Shown: positions 1-10,799, counted from the stretch's first letter. The stretch is DNA of 64,000 nt from an archaeon (GCA_020056635.1 JAGVHI010000024.1:2317-66316), one strand, 5' to 3'. Notes: generated by a model not told the origin, from the sequence alone. Made by a program: numbers and translations.

Positions 1-1
1 G

Positions 2-73
2 CACTATGCTGCACAGAGGCATGGGGATGGGAAGTACAAGCCCAGGGCCGTCCTTTTCGAGCCCAGAGGGTAG
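2..73 (+). CDS. 3' end of an upstream gene (partial, unidentified)
   Basis: Open frame HYAAQRHGDGKYKPRAVLFEPRG* ending at TAG 71-73, followed by TATA-like TTATAAA. Confidence 0.4.
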   Translation, partial: HYAAQRHGDGKYKPRAVLFEPRG

Positions 74-125
74 CAATTATAAAGATTGGCGGAGCCTAGT
101 TACTCTCTAATTACTAGGGATATTT

Positions 126-683
126 ATGAGCAAGAAAGACGTTATTCCAGGCTCCGCAGTCGGCACCGAGGAGGAGTACGTGTCCGGAAGCGGAACGTAC
201 GTGGAGGATGCGAACATATACTCCACTGTTTCGGGAATGCTGCACGAGGACCAGAGGACGCTTTCGGTGAACCAGCGCGTGCTGCTCCAGCCCATACATG
301 CGGGCGTGACAGTGCTTGGCAGGGTTGAAAATATAGTCGAGCCGATTGCGCTTGTGAGCATAATGGCGCTCCCGACCGATAAAGTAAGATATACGGAGAT
401 GCCGGATTATTGCGTGCTGCACGCATCAAGGGTGAAGGAAGGGTTCGTGAAGAACATACGCGGCGAGTTTAGGATTGGGGACATCATAAAGGCGAAAGTG
501 ATTGGCATCAAGAGCGGTGAGATCAGCCTTTCAACAGAGGGGCCGGAGCTCGGGGTTGTGAAGGGGTTCTGCGCAAAGTGCCGCAGCGTGCTCGAGCTTG
601 CTGGCGGAACGCTTAAATGCAATGCATGCGGGAACAGCGAGAACAGGAAAGTGTCGCGCGATTATCGGAAATTGGAGTTATAA
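126..683 (+). CDS. csl4: Exosome complex RNA-binding protein Csl4
   Basis: N-terminal PG..GT.EEY..G.GTY, S1 domain (FRIGDIIKAKV), ELGVV..CxxC...CxxC zinc ribbon ending ENRKVS; next to rpoL. Confidence 0.95.
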   Translation: MSKKDVIPGSAVGTEEEYVSGSGTYVEDANIYSTVSGMLHEDQRTLSVNQRVLLQPIHAGVTVLGRVENIVEPIALVSIMALPTDKVRYTEMPDYCVLHASRVKEGFVKNIRGEFRIGDIIKAKVIGIKSGEISLSTEGPELGVVKGFCAKCRSVLELAGGTLKCNACGNSENRKVSRDYRKLEL

Positions 684-695
684 GGGGGGAGAGCA

Positions 696-983
696 ATGAA
701 AGTCGAAATCAAGTCCGAAGGGAGCAATTATGTCGAGATTACCATGAGGGGCGAGGATATCAGCCTGCCTAATGCGATTAGGGAAATCCTGCTAAACGAG
801 CCGGGAATAGAGTTCGTATCGTGCACGCAGGACCACCCGCAAATCGGCGCGCCAAAGCTCGTAGTGAGGACCAAGGGAAAGCCCGCGCTCGGGATGGTAA
901 AGGACGCGGTAAAAAAACTCAAGAAAGAAGTGGCTGAATTCAAGTCCGAGCTTAAGGAGCACAAGGCGAAGAAAAAGGGTTGA
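696..983 (+). CDS. rpoL: DNA-directed RNA polymerase subunit L (Rpo11)
   Basis: GEDISLPNAIREILL..PGIEFV....DHP....P.L.VRT motif; size; csl4-rpoL synteny. Confidence 0.93.
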   Translation: MKVEIKSEGSNYVEITMRGEDISLPNAIREILLNEPGIEFVSCTQDHPQIGAPKLVVRTKGKPALGMVKDAVKKLKKEVAEFKSELKEHKAKKKG

Positions 984-994
984 GGGGCGGCGTG

Positions 995-2212
995 ATGGCC
1001 AGTTTTTTGAGGGAGGTCAGCACGGCCGGAGGCAAACGCGTGAAAGAGGCTTCTTTGAAAAAGATTGCCGGGTTTGCTGTTCCGCCCCAGGTGTGGCTCG
1101 CTGCCGAAATCCTGTTTTTGCTTTTCATCGCATGGCAGCTTTGGGACTTTGAGCTGTTCCTGCTTGTGATGGTCCCGGGCAAGCTTATCTTGGCGCTTAT
1201 TTTATTGCTTCGGGGCGTGGAGCATTTTGTGAAGGAGGGGAAAGCCGAACCGGGCCCGCAGCTTAAGAGAATTCTGGAGGTGCTCTCAAGCAGCAAGCTG
1301 CTCTATGCGATTTTGGTTCTGGCGTTTGCAGGCTATCTTCTGAGCAAGAGCGTGGTGTTTGGGTACCTGGTTGCGCTTGCAATCCTGCTCCTAGTGGCAG
1401 AAGAGATTGTGAGGGGGGTTGCGGAAGGAGGGCTGAAATCCGAATTGCGCGAAACGAGAATTGCGATTTATTTTGCGCTCGGGCTTTGGTTCGGAGCCGG
1501 CTTTTTGCTGCAGACAACTTCCCCGATAAACGCGATTGTTTCATGCTCAATGCTTCCAGCCATGGAAAGGGGGGATTTGGTGCTGCTGCATGGAGGGGAG
1601 GTGAACGCGCCTGCTGTGCTGATGTCGGATGCCGAGGCTATGATGATTGGCAAGAACGCAACAGTGCAGTTCGGGAACCGGAGCATTGAGGTAAAGGGCT
1701 CGATGTATGCGCATTGCGTATTGAACAGGAATGACAGGACGTGCGCTGAGTTCATTGCAACCCCGGAAGGGTTTGTTGAGAAAAACGGGCCGCTTGAGTT
1801 CAGGTATTCGAAATGCGAGAGGTATTTTCCAGGAAGCGGCGCAAGCAATTACGGGCCTTGCGTGACTTCCATTTATTACAATGGGGAGAAAGTGACAAGC
1901 GGGAAGGTGGGCGATACTGTGGTGTATGCACCCAAGAGCGGGGATTTGTTTGCAAGGAGCGGGGATATCATACACAGGGTGTTTTTGGAAATCGAGACCC
2001 CGAAAACGAAGTATTATGTGATTAAGGGGGACAACAACCCTGTTGCGGATTTGCAGGTTTACGATTCAAGGTTTGGCGGGAACTCAATTGCCGAGGGGAA
2101 ACAGCTCAAAGGGAGGGTGCTGTTTAGGATACCAATGCTTGGCTACTTCAAATTGTTCCTCTCCGGGTTTGTCGAAGAGGGTGAAAGCTGCAATTCCTAC
2201 CTCAAATATTAA
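995..2212 (+). CDS. Signal peptidase I (SEC11/S26B type) with extended N-terminal membrane region
   Basis: SCSMLP..ERGDLV (catalytic Ser box), IIHRV and KGDNN..AD boxes, GRVLFRIPMLGY; several TM helices. Confidence 0.75.
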   Translation: MASFLREVSTAGGKRVKEASLKKIAGFAVPPQVWLAAEILFLLFIAWQLWDFELFLLVMVPGKLILALILLLRGVEHFVKEGKAEPGPQLKRILEVLSSSKLLYAILVLAFAGYLLSKSVVFGYLVALAILLLVAEEIVRGVAEGGLKSELRETRIAIYFALGLWFGAGFLLQTTSPINAIVSCSMLPAMERGDLVLLHGGEVNAPAVLMSDAEAMMIGKNATVQFGNRSIEVKGSMYAHCVLNRNDRTCAEFIATPEGFVEKNGPLEFRYSKCERYFPGSGASNYGPCVTSIYYNGEKVTSGKVGDTVVYAPKSGDLFARSGDIIHRVFLEIETPKTKYYVIKGDNNPVADLQVYDSRFGGNSIAEGKQLKGRVLFRIPMLGYFKLFLSGFVEEGESCNSYLKY

Positions 2213-2295
2213 AAGCTTCATCCGAGAAGGCTGTCCAAGCTGGGAGGCTTGAACAGACCGCAACGTAGTTGCGGGATGAGTGGGGGGTTGTTGGT

Positions 2296-3045
2296 ATGAC
2301 GTTCAAATTCGCGGTAGATGATGCGAAGTCCTGGAAGAGTTCAATTGATGCGATTGTCAATCTTATCGATGAGGGGAACCTCGAGGTGGGAAAGGACGGG
2401 ATTACGCTGCGCGCCATGGACCCTTCGCAGATTGCGATGATTTCGTTTTCAATGCCAAAGGGCGCATTCATCGAGTATTCTGTCGCTGCGACAGCAAGGC
2501 TGGGGCTGAATTTTGACAGTTTGAGCAAAATTCTTGGAAGGACGAGGGGGAGCGAGACGCTCGAGGTGTCTGGCGAGGAGAACAAACTCGTGCTCAGGTT
2601 CGCATCAGGGAAAAGGAAGAGGAGCTTCAAGGTCCCGCTTCTTGATTTGCCCGCGGGAGCGCAAAAGGAGCCCAGCATACAGCATGATGCGACCGTGAAA
2701 ATCAACGGAGGCCAGTTCAAGGAAACGCTGCGGGATGCGGCGCTTGTGAGCTCGCATGTGTCGCTTGAGGCTGGGACTGAAGGGTTCATTGTAGAGGTGC
2801 ACGGGGATTCGGGGGATTTGAAGGTCGAGAGCGAGAAGGAGAGCGAGGAGATTGTGGAGATTAAGGCAAGCGGAAGCTCGAAAGCAACCTTCCCGTTGCA
2901 GTACCTTGAGGACATTGTGAAGGCGTGCCCGGATTCGTCCGTGCTCTCAATCCACCTGAAATCCAATGCCCCGGTGAAAATAGAGTACGAGGTCGGGAGC
3001 AGCAAGCTAAGCTACTATCTTGCGCCCAGGATTGACAGCGATTAA
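2296..3045 (+). CDS. pcn: DNA polymerase sliding clamp PCNA
   Basis: LIDEG......GI.LRAMDPSQIAMI; C-terminal YYLAPRI. Confidence 0.97.
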   Translation: MTFKFAVDDAKSWKSSIDAIVNLIDEGNLEVGKDGITLRAMDPSQIAMISFSMPKGAFIEYSVAATARLGLNFDSLSKILGRTRGSETLEVSGEENKLVLRFASGKRKRSFKVPLLDLPAGAQKEPSIQHDATVKINGGQFKETLRDAALVSSHVSLEAGTEGFIVEVHGDSGDLKVESEKESEEIVEIKASGSSKATFPLQYLEDIVKACPDSSVLSIHLKSNAPVKIEYEVGSSKLSYYLAPRIDSD

Positions 3046-3055
3046 GCAAAGGGAG

Positions 3056-3793
3056 TTACTTCTTTTTTATTTCAATCGGGCTTGCGGGGAGCTCGAAATC
3101 CGAATCCGTGACCTGGTAGCTGTAGCTTGTGGCGAGGAGTTCGCGGTAAACAGGCTCATCGTCTTCTGCCATGCTGATTTTGTAATAGAGGGGTATTGCA
3201 TCGCGCGAGTAGCACGTGCGCGATTGCATATCTGTGATGCGGGAATTGGGGTTTGAATAAAGAAGGTAATAGAGCTCTTCGAGGTTTTCTTGCTTGAAGC
3301 AGGTGGCATTTGCGCCTGCAACCTGGAGAGCGCCATCAGGAACCGGAGTGTAGCGCTCTGAGATTGGCCCGATTTTTGCAAGAAGCTCTGAAATTATTTC
3401 GGTAAAGCCAGTCTGAGTCCCTGCGCACGTCCAGTTGCCAAGCTGCTTCATGCAGAAATAAATCCCGTTCCCAAGGTCATATGCACGGAATTCGACACCC
3501 TGCGCGAGCATCGAATCGTCGGAAACGTCAATTCGCATGAAGCGCGAGCCCCCGTATAATTGCTCATAAACCGTGTAATAGGAAGTTTCATTTGGGCGGG
3601 CGGATGAGGTTGCCCCATAAATCACTTTCCAGGCGTGCGATTCGTTCGCCTTGGCTTGGAGTTCCTGGTATGTGGGGGGCGTTTCCTGCACAGGGGGAGC
3701 TGGAGCGGGGTTCTGCTGTGTACAACCGGAAAGCTGGAGCAAAAGTGCAAGCATGAGAAGGAGGAACGCTGCGCCCAGGATCGGCTTTTGCAT
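3056..3793 (-). CDS. Putative lipoprotein, unknown function
   Basis: MQKP + hydrophobic stretch + LSGC lipobox, Pro-rich linker; start re-assigned to ATG 3793. Confidence 0.7.
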   Translation of the reverse strand: MQKPILGAAFLLLMLALLLQLSGCTQQNPAPAPPVQETPPTYQELQAKANESHAWKVIYGATSSARPNETSYYTVYEQLYGGSRFMRIDVSDDSMLAQGVEFRAYDLGNGIYFCMKQLGNWTCAGTQTGFTEIISELLAKIGPISERYTPVPDGALQVAGANATCFKQENLEELYYLLYSNPNSRITDMQSRTCYSRDAIPLYYKISMAEDDEPVYRELLATSYSYQVTDSDFELPASPIEIKKK

Positions 3794-3845
3794 ACCTGGA
3801 AATGTCGCGTGCAGGTTTAAATTAGTTGTTTTGCAAGCGAATCTC

Positions 3846-4502
3846 ATGAAAAAAAGCGCAGGGCATATTCCGGGAACAAATGTGTTCCGCTGCAAGCATA
3901 CCGGAAAAAAGCATGTGGAGCTTGCGGCAGATGCAAGCCTGCCAACCAGGTTCGGAAATTTCAGGATATATGCATTCTGCAGCACGTATGACCATAAGGA
4001 GCACGTGGCGCTTGTGAAAGGGGATGTAAGAGGGAAATCAGGAGTGCCTGTGCGGGTGCACTCAGAATGCTTTACCGGGGATATCATGGCATCAAAACGG
4101 TGCGATTGCAGGGAGCAGCTTGAGAAAAGCCTGCACTATCTGGCAAAACAGAAATGCGGAGTGCTCGTTTATCTGCGCCAGGAGGGAAGGGGAATCGGGC
4201 TTATCAATAAGGTGAGGGCGTACAAGTTGCAGGAGCAGGGAGTGGACACGTATGAGGCGAACGAATTGCTCGGGTTCCCGTATGATGCGAGAGATTATAC
4301 TGTCGCAGCAAAAATTCTGGGGCTGCTAGGGGTTAAATCAATCAGGATACTCACCAACAATCCGCACAAGATTGAGGGTTTGAAAAGGCACGGAGTGAAA
4401 ATTGCAGGCAGGGTTGAGATAGAGACTAAGCCCAACAAGTACAATTCGAAATATTTAAGTGCGAAGCAGAGGAAAGGGAAGCACATGCTGCACGTGGCTT
4501 AG
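3846..4502 (+). CDS. ribA: GTP cyclohydrolase II
   Basis: LPTRFG, VRVHSEC.TGD...S.RCDC..QL, QEGRGIGL.NK..AY, LTNNP.K. Confidence 0.96.
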   Translation: MKKSAGHIPGTNVFRCKHTGKKHVELAADASLPTRFGNFRIYAFCSTYDHKEHVALVKGDVRGKSGVPVRVHSECFTGDIMASKRCDCREQLEKSLHYLAKQKCGVLVYLRQEGRGIGLINKVRAYKLQEQGVDTYEANELLGFPYDARDYTVAAKILGLLGVKSIRILTNNPHKIEGLKRHGVKIAGRVEIETKPNKYNSKYLSAKQRKGKHMLHVA

Positions 4503-5587
4503 CACCGTGCGCATGCTTCAATCACAGCATCTGGACCTAATTTCCTCAGCGTTGTGCGCTTGAAAAACTTTCTTGCGCTAGGAGCGGCGAAAGGAGAATC
4601 AATTGCACCATTTTCTGGCAGCTTATTAGGTGAGATTGCGAGGATTATTTTGTCAGCTGCTTTTTCTCTTAGCGCGGAGGAGACGGTTTTTGCGCCCCCT
4701 TCAATCAGAACGGAGGTTATTCCGAATGTAGGGAGTTGTTGGAGTAGGGATTTGAATGAAACCGTTTCCCTTCCGCAAACGAGAATATGAACCCCGAGGG
4801 ATTTGAGCATTTGTTCTTTTTTTCTATTCCGCTTTCCGCTTGTGGCGATTATCACTGTTTCTTTTTTTGCGCGTGCGAGAACTTTTGCATTCAGCGGGAG
4901 TTTGAAAGTCTCATCGAGTATGATACGGACAGGATTCCTGCCCCCGCTCATGCGGCAGGTAAGGCGTGGATTATCCGAAATAACTGTATTTATGCCGACC
5001 AGTATTGAGTCGTAGCGGTTGCGCAGGCGCTGAACATAGGAATCGAATTGCTTTCCGCTAATCCGCACGTTGCGCTTTCCCTTAATGCCGATTTTACCAT
5101 TCCTGCTCTGCGCTAGTTTTATCGCAACAAATGGCTTTCCTGTGCGCATGAAATGGAAGAAAAATTCGTTTTGAAGTTCAGCCTCCTTTGAAAGCAACCC
5201 GCATTCCACTGCCAAACCTGCTTTTTTCAGTTGCGAAATGCCATCCACCTTAGGGTTTGCATCCTTCGCTGCAATGATGACGCGTTTTATTCCGGATTTT
5301 ATTATGAGGGGAACGCAGGGGGGCGTTTTCTTCCCTTTTCCAAAGTGGGAGCATGGTTCGAGAGTGACGTAGAGTGTTGAGCCTGCGGCAGCCTTGCCTG
5401 CTTTGCGGATTGTATTCACTTCAGCGTGCGGGGAGCCAAACCCCTCGTGATACCCTTCTCCAATAATTCGCCCGTTTTTTACAAGCACTGCACCTACTAG
5501 GGGGTTTGGGGAAACATGCCCTTCGCCGTTCTGAGCGAGAGAAAGAGCTCGGCGCATGAATTTGGTATCATTGTTGCTCCAGCCCAT
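4499..5587 (-). CDS. ribD: Bifunctional riboflavin biosynthesis deaminase/reductase
   Basis: SPNPLVGAV, HAE, TLEPCSH.G...TPPC, DNPRLT.R, IEGG. Confidence 0.95.
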   Translation of the reverse strand: MGWSNNDTKFMRRALSLAQNGEGHVSPNPLVGAVLVKNGRIIGEGYHEGFGSPHAEVNTIRKAGKAAAGSTLYVTLEPCSHFGKGKKTPPCVPLIIKSGIKRVIIAAKDANPKVDGISQLKKAGLAVECGLLSKEAELQNEFFFHFMRTGKPFVAIKLAQSRNGKIGIKGKRNVRISGKQFDSYVQRLRNRYDSILVGINTVISDNPRLTCRMSGGRNPVRIILDETFKLPLNAKVLARAKKETVIIATSGKRNRKKEQMLKSLGVHILVCGRETVSFKSLLQQLPTFGITSVLIEGGAKTVSSALREKAADKIILAISPNKLPENGAIDSPFAAPSARKFFKRTTLRKLGPDAVIEACARC

Positions 5588-5866
5588 GGGAAATTCTTTG
5601 CATTGGGGTATTAAATTGCCAGCCCCCGGCCTATTTTTTCATTACATTTTCATCTCTTTGATGCGACAAAAAATAAGGGGTTATTAGGCGTATTTTCAGC
5701 AAAAGAAAGCGCAGAATGCTTTATTTGAGGAAAAAAAGTGCGCGAGGGCTTATTTTAGCTGCAATGCCCTTTATTTTTGGGTTGAATTTTGCGGTTTTTT
5801 GGCCATACGAGTGAGAAAAGTAGGGGTTTAAAAAGGTGCACATGTTGTTATCACAGGCTCCCGCAA

Positions 5867-5882
5867 CCACAATATATTGTGG
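5867..5882. promoter_or_regulatory. NrdR-box-like operator upstream of nrdJ
   Basis: Perfect palindrome CCACAATATATTGTGG, 60 bp upstream of the RNR start; fits the NrdR-box consensus acaCwAtATaTwGtgt. Confidence 0.65.
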
Positions 5883-5941
5883 AAAAATGGCAGGCTTATA
5901 TTGCGGGAACGACATAATCATAGTGCAGATTGGGTGGTGGC

Positions 5942-8900
5942 ATGAAAGAAGGGCAGGGCAGGGGGGGGAGGCCGGAAAGCCAGGGGCTTTACGGGACTAT
6001 TGCGAAGCAATCAGGACTAAAATCCGTGCAGATAAGGCCGAAAAAGGGGCAGGGGCTTTCCATTCCAAGGAGATTTACCAAAGCGGGAGAGGACCCGTAT
6101 TCGCAGTTCAAGTGGGAGCAGAGAAGCTCGGTGATTCGGAACCCGGATGGGTCCACTGTTTTTGAGATGAATGACATCGAGGTGCCCAGTTTTTGGAGCC
6201 AGGTTGCAACGGACATACTTGCGCAGAAGTATTTCAGGAAAGCAGGGGTGCCGCAGGCTGATTCTTCTGGAAAGCCCGTATTGGGCTCGGATGAGAAGCC
6301 CGTGCTGGGGGCTGAGAGGACGCTTCGGCAGGTAGTGGACAGGCTATCTGGATGCTGGAGGGAATGGGGGGAGAAGAACGGCTATTTCAAGTCCAAGGAG
6401 GATGCGCAAGCGTATGAGGATGAAATGAAGTACATGCTTGCTGCGCAGATGGCTGCCCCAAACAGCCCGCAATGGTTCAATACAGGATTGGCTTGGGCGT
6501 ATGGGATTAGGGGGCACCCGCAAGGGCATTATTATGTTGACCCGGAAACCGAGGAGCTGAGAGCATCTGAGGATGCATATACCAGGCCCACCCCACATGC
6601 GTGCTTCATACAGTCGATTCGGGACGATTTGGTGAATGAGGGGGGGATATTTGATTTGGTGACGCGGGAGGCCAGGATATTCAAGTACGGGAGCGGCACC
6701 GGGACCAATTTCAGCGTGCTTCGGGGGGGCGGGGAAAGGCTCTCCGGAGGGGGCAAATCCTCGGGCATGATGTCGTTTTTGAAAATCAATGACAGGGCGG
6801 CAGGGGCCGTGAAATCAGGCGGGACTACACGGCGGGCTGCAAAAATGGTGATTGTGGATTTGGACCACCCGGATGTGGAACAGTTCATAGAGTGGAAAGT
6901 GCAGGAGGAGCAGAAAGTCGCTGCGATGGTGTGCGGAAGCAGGATACTCAATAGGGAATTGAACAATGTGATGAAAGTCGCGCTTGAGCAGAAGAGCTCG
7001 GATTACAAGCGGAACGTCGCGCTCATGAATGCGGTGAATTCCGCGGCTGAGAAAAGCGTGCCCATGAGCTACATTTTGCGCGCGCTTGCGCTGGTGGAGC
7101 AGGGGCATTCGAGCATGGAATTGCCCGAGTACACTACGCATTACGAGGGGGAAGCGTATCAGACAGTGTCAGGGCAGAATAGCAACAATTCGCTTAGGGT
7201 GCCAAACAGCTTTGTGAAAGCGCTAAAGGAGGACGGGCCCTGGTCGTTCCATTTCAGGACTACTGGAGAGGTTTCAAAAACCGTGCGTGCAAGGGAGCTT
7301 TGGGACAGGATTGCGTATTGCGCATGGGCGTGCGCTGACCCTGGAATACAGTTCGATGATACGATAAACGAGTGGAATACGTGCCCGAATGACGGTAGGA
7401 TAAATGCCACCAATCCGTGCTCTGAGTATGTATTCCTGGATGATACGGCGTGCAACCTTGCAAGCGTGAACCTCGGGAAGTTTTTGGATGAGAGGAGCGG
7501 GCAGTTCGATATCGAGGGGTTCAAGCACGCGTGCCGGCTCTGGACGATTACACTTGAGATTTCAGTGCTTATGGCGCAGTTTCCAAGCAAGGAGATTGCG
7601 CTTAGGTCTTATGAGTACAGAACACTGGGGCTGGGGTATGCAAACCTTGGGACAGTGCTTATGGTATTGGGAATCCCTTATGATTCTGATAAGGGGAGGG
7701 CGATTGCAGGCGCGCTTACCTCAATCATGTGCGGGGAGTCATATGCAACGAGCGCGGAGATGGCAGGCGTGCTTGGCGCGTTCCCTGGCTATGAGAGGAA
7801 CAAGGAGCACATGCTTAAGGTGATGAAGAACCATAGGCTTGCATCGTATAATGCAGAGAGCAGCGCATATGAGAAGCTCACAGTCACTCCGGTCGGGATA
7901 AATCCGCAATCGTGCCCGCCTGAATTGCTTTCTGTGGCAAGGGAGTGCTGGGACAGGGCGCTTGCAAACGGGGAGAAAAACGGGTATAGGAATGCGCAGG
8001 TGACCGTGATTGCGCCCACTGGAACAATAGGCTTGGTGATGGATTGCGATACTACAGGGGTTGAGCCTGATTTCGCGATTGTGAAATTCAAGAAATTGGC
8101 AGGGGGCGGGTATTTCAAAATCGTGAACCAGAGCGTGAGAAAAGCAATGGTCAGGCTTGGGTACGCTTCGCAGCAAATTGATGAGATGGAGAATTATTGC
8201 AGGGGGCATGGGACATTGGTAGGATGCCCGTATGTGAACCCTGAATCGCTTTCCTCAAAAGGGTTCACGAAAGAGGCCATTGCCGCGATTGAATCCCAGC
8301 TGCCGAACTCGTTTGACTTGAGGTTCTCGTTCAACAGGTACACGCTTGGCGAGGCGCTGTGCTCAAAGCTCGGGTTCACCCCCCAGCAGCTTGCGGACCA
8401 GAAGTTCAATGTGCTTCGCGCGCTCGGGTTCACAAAGGAGCAGATAAAGGAAGCGAATGAATACGTGTGCGGGACCATGACAATTGAGGGGGCGCCGCAC
8501 CTGCGTGTTGAGCACTATCCGATCTTCGATTGCGCGAACCGGTGCGGCAAGATTGGGGTGAGGTGCATAAATTACATGGCGCACGTGCGCATGATGGCCG
8601 CGGTGCAGCCGTTCATTTCCGGCGCGATTTCCAAAACCATAAACATGCCAAATGAGGCCGGGATTGAGGATGTGAAGAAAGCATACATGGAGAGCTGGAA
8701 TATGATGCTAAAGGCGCTTGCGCTCTACCGGGACGGGAGCAAGCTCTCGCAGCCCCTGAACACTTCTGTGGATGAGGAGGAAGAGGAGGAGAAGCCGAAA
8801 GCAGGGGTTACGCTTACGCTCACAGGGCAGCCTGCTTCCGTGCCTGCCGCGCCGGTTGCAGCCTATGCGTACAACAAAAAGCCGCTCCCGAAAAAAAGGA

Positions 8901-9541
8901 GGGGCTTTGTGCAGGAGGCGCGCGTTGGAGGGCACAAGGTGTACCTTAGGACCGGCGAATACCCAGATGGCGGGCTCGGGGAAATTTTCGTGGACATGTA
9001 CAAGGAAGGGGCTGGCTACCGTTCATTGCTCAACTGCTTTGCGATTGCTGTGAGCAAGGGGCTGCAGTACGGGGTGCCGCTTGAGGAGTATGTGGACACA
9101 TTCACTTTCACGCGGTTTGAGCCTTCCGGAATTGTGACCGGGCATGAGAACGTGAAGAACGCAACCTCGATTGTGGATTACGTGTTTAGGGTGCTTGGGT
9201 ACGAGTACTTGGGGAGGACTGATTTGGTGCACGTGCCTGGCGAGAACGGGAAGAATGGGAACGGGCACGGGCTGCAGGAAGCATCAGCGCATGAAGTGCA
9301 TGCGCATGCGGAAAAAGGGGCGCAGACCACGCTTGAGCCCGTGCGGCAGGCAGTATCGCACACTGCGCTTGCGGCTGCCGCAAGCGCGCTTGTGGGGGAG
9401 CTTGAGTCCAAAAGTTCGGAAGATGCGAAAATGCAGGGGTACACAGGAGAGCAGTGCTCGAACTGCGGGTCCATGAAAGTGAAAAGGAACGGTTCGTGCA
9501 CAGTTTGCACTGAATGCGGGGAAACGAGCGGGTGCTCGTGA
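5942..9541 (+). CDS. nrdJ: Class II (adenosylcobalamin-dependent) ribonucleotide reductase
   Basis: [57 protein letters not shown]-terminal TSCPD-like region and CxxC..CxxC GCS. Confidence 0.97.
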   Translation: MKEGQGRGGRPESQGLYGTIAKQSGLKSVQIRPKKGQGLSIPRRFTKAGEDPYSQFKWEQRSSVIRNPDGSTVFEMNDIEVPSFWSQVATDILAQKYFRKAGVPQADSSGKPVLGSDEKPVLGAERTLRQVVDRLSGCWREWGEKNGYFKSKEDAQAYEDEMKYMLAAQMAAPNSPQWFNTGLAWAYGIRGHPQGHYYVDPETEELRASEDAYTRPTPHACFIQSIRDDLVNEGGIFDLVTREARIFKYGSGTGTNFSVLRGGGERLSGGGKSSGMMSFLKINDRAAGAVKSGGTTRRAAKMVIVDLDHPDVEQFIEWKVQEEQKVAAMVCGSRILNRELNNVMKVALEQKSSDYKRNVALMNAVNSAAEKSVPMSYILRALALVEQGHSSMELPEYTTHYEGEAYQTVSGQNSNNSLRVPNSFVKALKEDGPWSFHFRTTGEVSKTVRARELWDRIAYCAWACADPGIQFDDTINEWNTCPNDGRINATNPCSEYVFLDDTACNLASVNLGKFLDERSGQFDIEGFKHACRLWTITLEISVLMAQFPSKEIALRSYEYRTLGLGYANLGTVLMVLGIPYDSDKGRAIAGALTSIMCGESYATSAEMAGVLGAFPGYERNKEHMLKVMKNHRLASYNAESSAYEKLTVTPVGINPQSCPPELLSVARECWDRALANGEKNGYRNAQVTVIAPTGTIGLVMDCDTTGVEPDFAIVKFKKLAGGGYFKIVNQSVRKAMVRLGYASQQIDEMENYCRGHGTLVGCPYVNPESLSSKGFTKEAIAAIESQLPNSFDLRFSFNRYTLGEALCSKLGFTPQQLADQKFNVLRALGFTKEQIKEANEYVCGTMTIEGAPHLRVEHYPIFDCANRCGKIGVRCINYMAHVRMMAAVQPFISGAISKTINMPNEAGIEDVKKAYMESWNMMLKALALYRDGSKLSQPLNTSVDEEEEEEKPKAGVTLTLTGQPASVPAAPVAAYAYNKKPLPKKRRGFVQEARVGGHKVYLRTGEYPDGGLGEIFVDMYKEGAGYRSLLNCFAIAVSKGLQYGVPLEEYVDTFTFTRFEPSGIVTGHENVKNATSIVDYVFRVLGYEYLGRTDLVHVPGENGKNGNGHGLQEASAHEVHAHAEKGAQTTLEPVRQAVSHTALAAAASALVGELESKSSEDAKMQGYTGEQCSNCGSMKVKRNGSCTVCTECGETSGCS

Positions 9542-9595
9542 AAAGCGCCATATGCTTTTATTTATTCCACTTCATTCTTTTCTTTGGTAATCCTG

Positions 9596-9931
9596 ATGAT
9601 GCGCGAGCAAAATTACGAGCTTTTTTTCGAAACCCTGTCCAACAGGCTTAGGATACAGATAATACTCGCGCTTGAGAAGTCCCCCATGACCGTGGGGGAG
9701 CTTTCTGGGAAATTAGGCGAGGAGCAGAGCAAGGTGTCGCACTCGCTTGAGGCGCTGCGCGCATGCAGGGTGGTGCAGGTCAAGGAGAGCGGCAGGAAAA
9801 GGGTGTATTCCCTGAACAAGCACACCATACTGCCTATTTTGAGGCTTATTGACTCGCATGTGTGCGAGAACTGCAGGGCTTGCGAGAAAATCGGATTGAA
9901 GAGCGCCAGGGCAAAAAGCAGGAGAGGGTGA
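9596..9931 (+). CDS. ArsR/SmtB-family metalloregulator
   Basis: LSNRLRIQII..L...PMTVGEL......QSKVSHSL..L wHTH, GR.RVYSL; C-terminal HxCxxCxxC. Confidence 0.88.
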   Translation: MMREQNYELFFETLSNRLRIQIILALEKSPMTVGELSGKLGEEQSKVSHSLEALRACRVVQVKESGRKRVYSLNKHTILPILRLIDSHVCENCRACEKIGLKSARAKSRRG

Positions 9932-9974
9932 GCTTGCTGGGGGATGATTACGCATTGCTTGGGCTTTATAAGAT

Positions 9975-9996
9975 TATATGAAACCAATTTCATATA
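9975..9996. promoter_or_regulatory. ArsR/SmtB-type operator at the FTR1 promoter
   Basis: TATATGAAA-ccaa-TTTCATATA perfect 9-bp inverted repeat (TGA-N8-TCA core) between TATA box TTTATAA (9965-9971) and the ATG. Confidence 0.6.
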
Positions 9997-10799
9997 TGTT
10001 TCCTGAGGCGCTAATCACTTTCCGCGAGACGCTTGAGGCCGCGCTTGTGGTTGGGGTGATGCTTGCGTACCTTGAGAGGAGTGGGAATGCGAAATTGAAC
10101 AGGCATATTTACCTCGGGGTTGGCATAGGGGTTTTTGCATCGGTTATTGTTGCGGTGCTTTTTTCAGCGCTTGTCGGGGAGTTCGAGGGGAGGAACGAGC
10201 AGCTTTTTGAGGGCAGCGTGATGCTTTTTGCGTCGTTTTTGATTTCATGGATGATATTATGGATGCTCAAGCAGGAGCATGTGAGGCAGGAAATAGAGGG
10301 AATCGTGAAGGTGAAAACAAACAAGGGGGAGCTATTGGGGCTGGTGCTTTTTACTGCGGTTGCGGTGTTTAGGGAAGGGACTGAAACAGTGATATTTTTG
10401 GGGGCTGCGGCTTTTTCGAATGGAAGGCTTGCGCTGCTTGGGGCGCTTCTTGGGGTTGCAGGCGCGCTTGCGCTTGCGTTCGTGCTGTTTGAGACTGCAA
10501 TGAGGGTGAACCTCAGGCTGTTTTTCCAGGGGACAAGCGTGCTCTTGATACTGTTTGCAGCAGGGCTGGTTGCGCATTCGGTGCATGAGTTCCAAGAGGC
10601 GGGAGTGCTGCCTGAGCAGGCGCCCCTCTGGAGCACCAAGCTGGCATTGGACCAGAAGAGCGGGATTGGGGCGGTTGCCCGCTCTCTGTTCGGATATGCG
10701 GACAGCCCGACCGCACTTGAAGCTATTGCATACCTTGCATACTTTGCGGCTATTTTTGCGGCTTACAAAAACATTAAACTCTTTTACCGCTATATTTGA
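9996..10799 (+). CDS. FTR1/EfeU-family iron permease
   Basis: Two REXXE motifs (RETLE, REGTE), about 7 TM helices, HEFQEAG. Confidence 0.92.
   Translation: MFPEALITFRETLEAALVVGVMLAYLERSGNAKLNRHIYLGVGIGVFASVIVAVLFSALVGEFEGRNEQLFEGSVMLFASFLISWMILWMLKQEHVRQEIEGIVKVKTNKGELLGLVLFTAVAVFREGTETVIFLGAAAFSNGRLALLGALLGVAGALALAFVLFETAMRVNLRLFFQGTSVLLILFAAGLVAHSVHEFQEAGVLPEQAPLWSTKLALDQKSGIGAVARSLFGYADSPTALEAIAYLAYFAAIFAAYKNIKLFYRYI

Noticed and set aside
3651..3845. N-terminal extensions in the ORF track (ribA, arsM, HIT, nth, phosphomutase, 52996-53796)
   Set aside because: They overlap divergent neighbours; downstream ATGs match the expected family N-termini
5942..9541. Intein in the long NrdJ
   Set aside because: No intein splice-junction (C...HN-C/S/T) or LAGLIDADG motifs seen; the length is explained by the large class II RNR architecture
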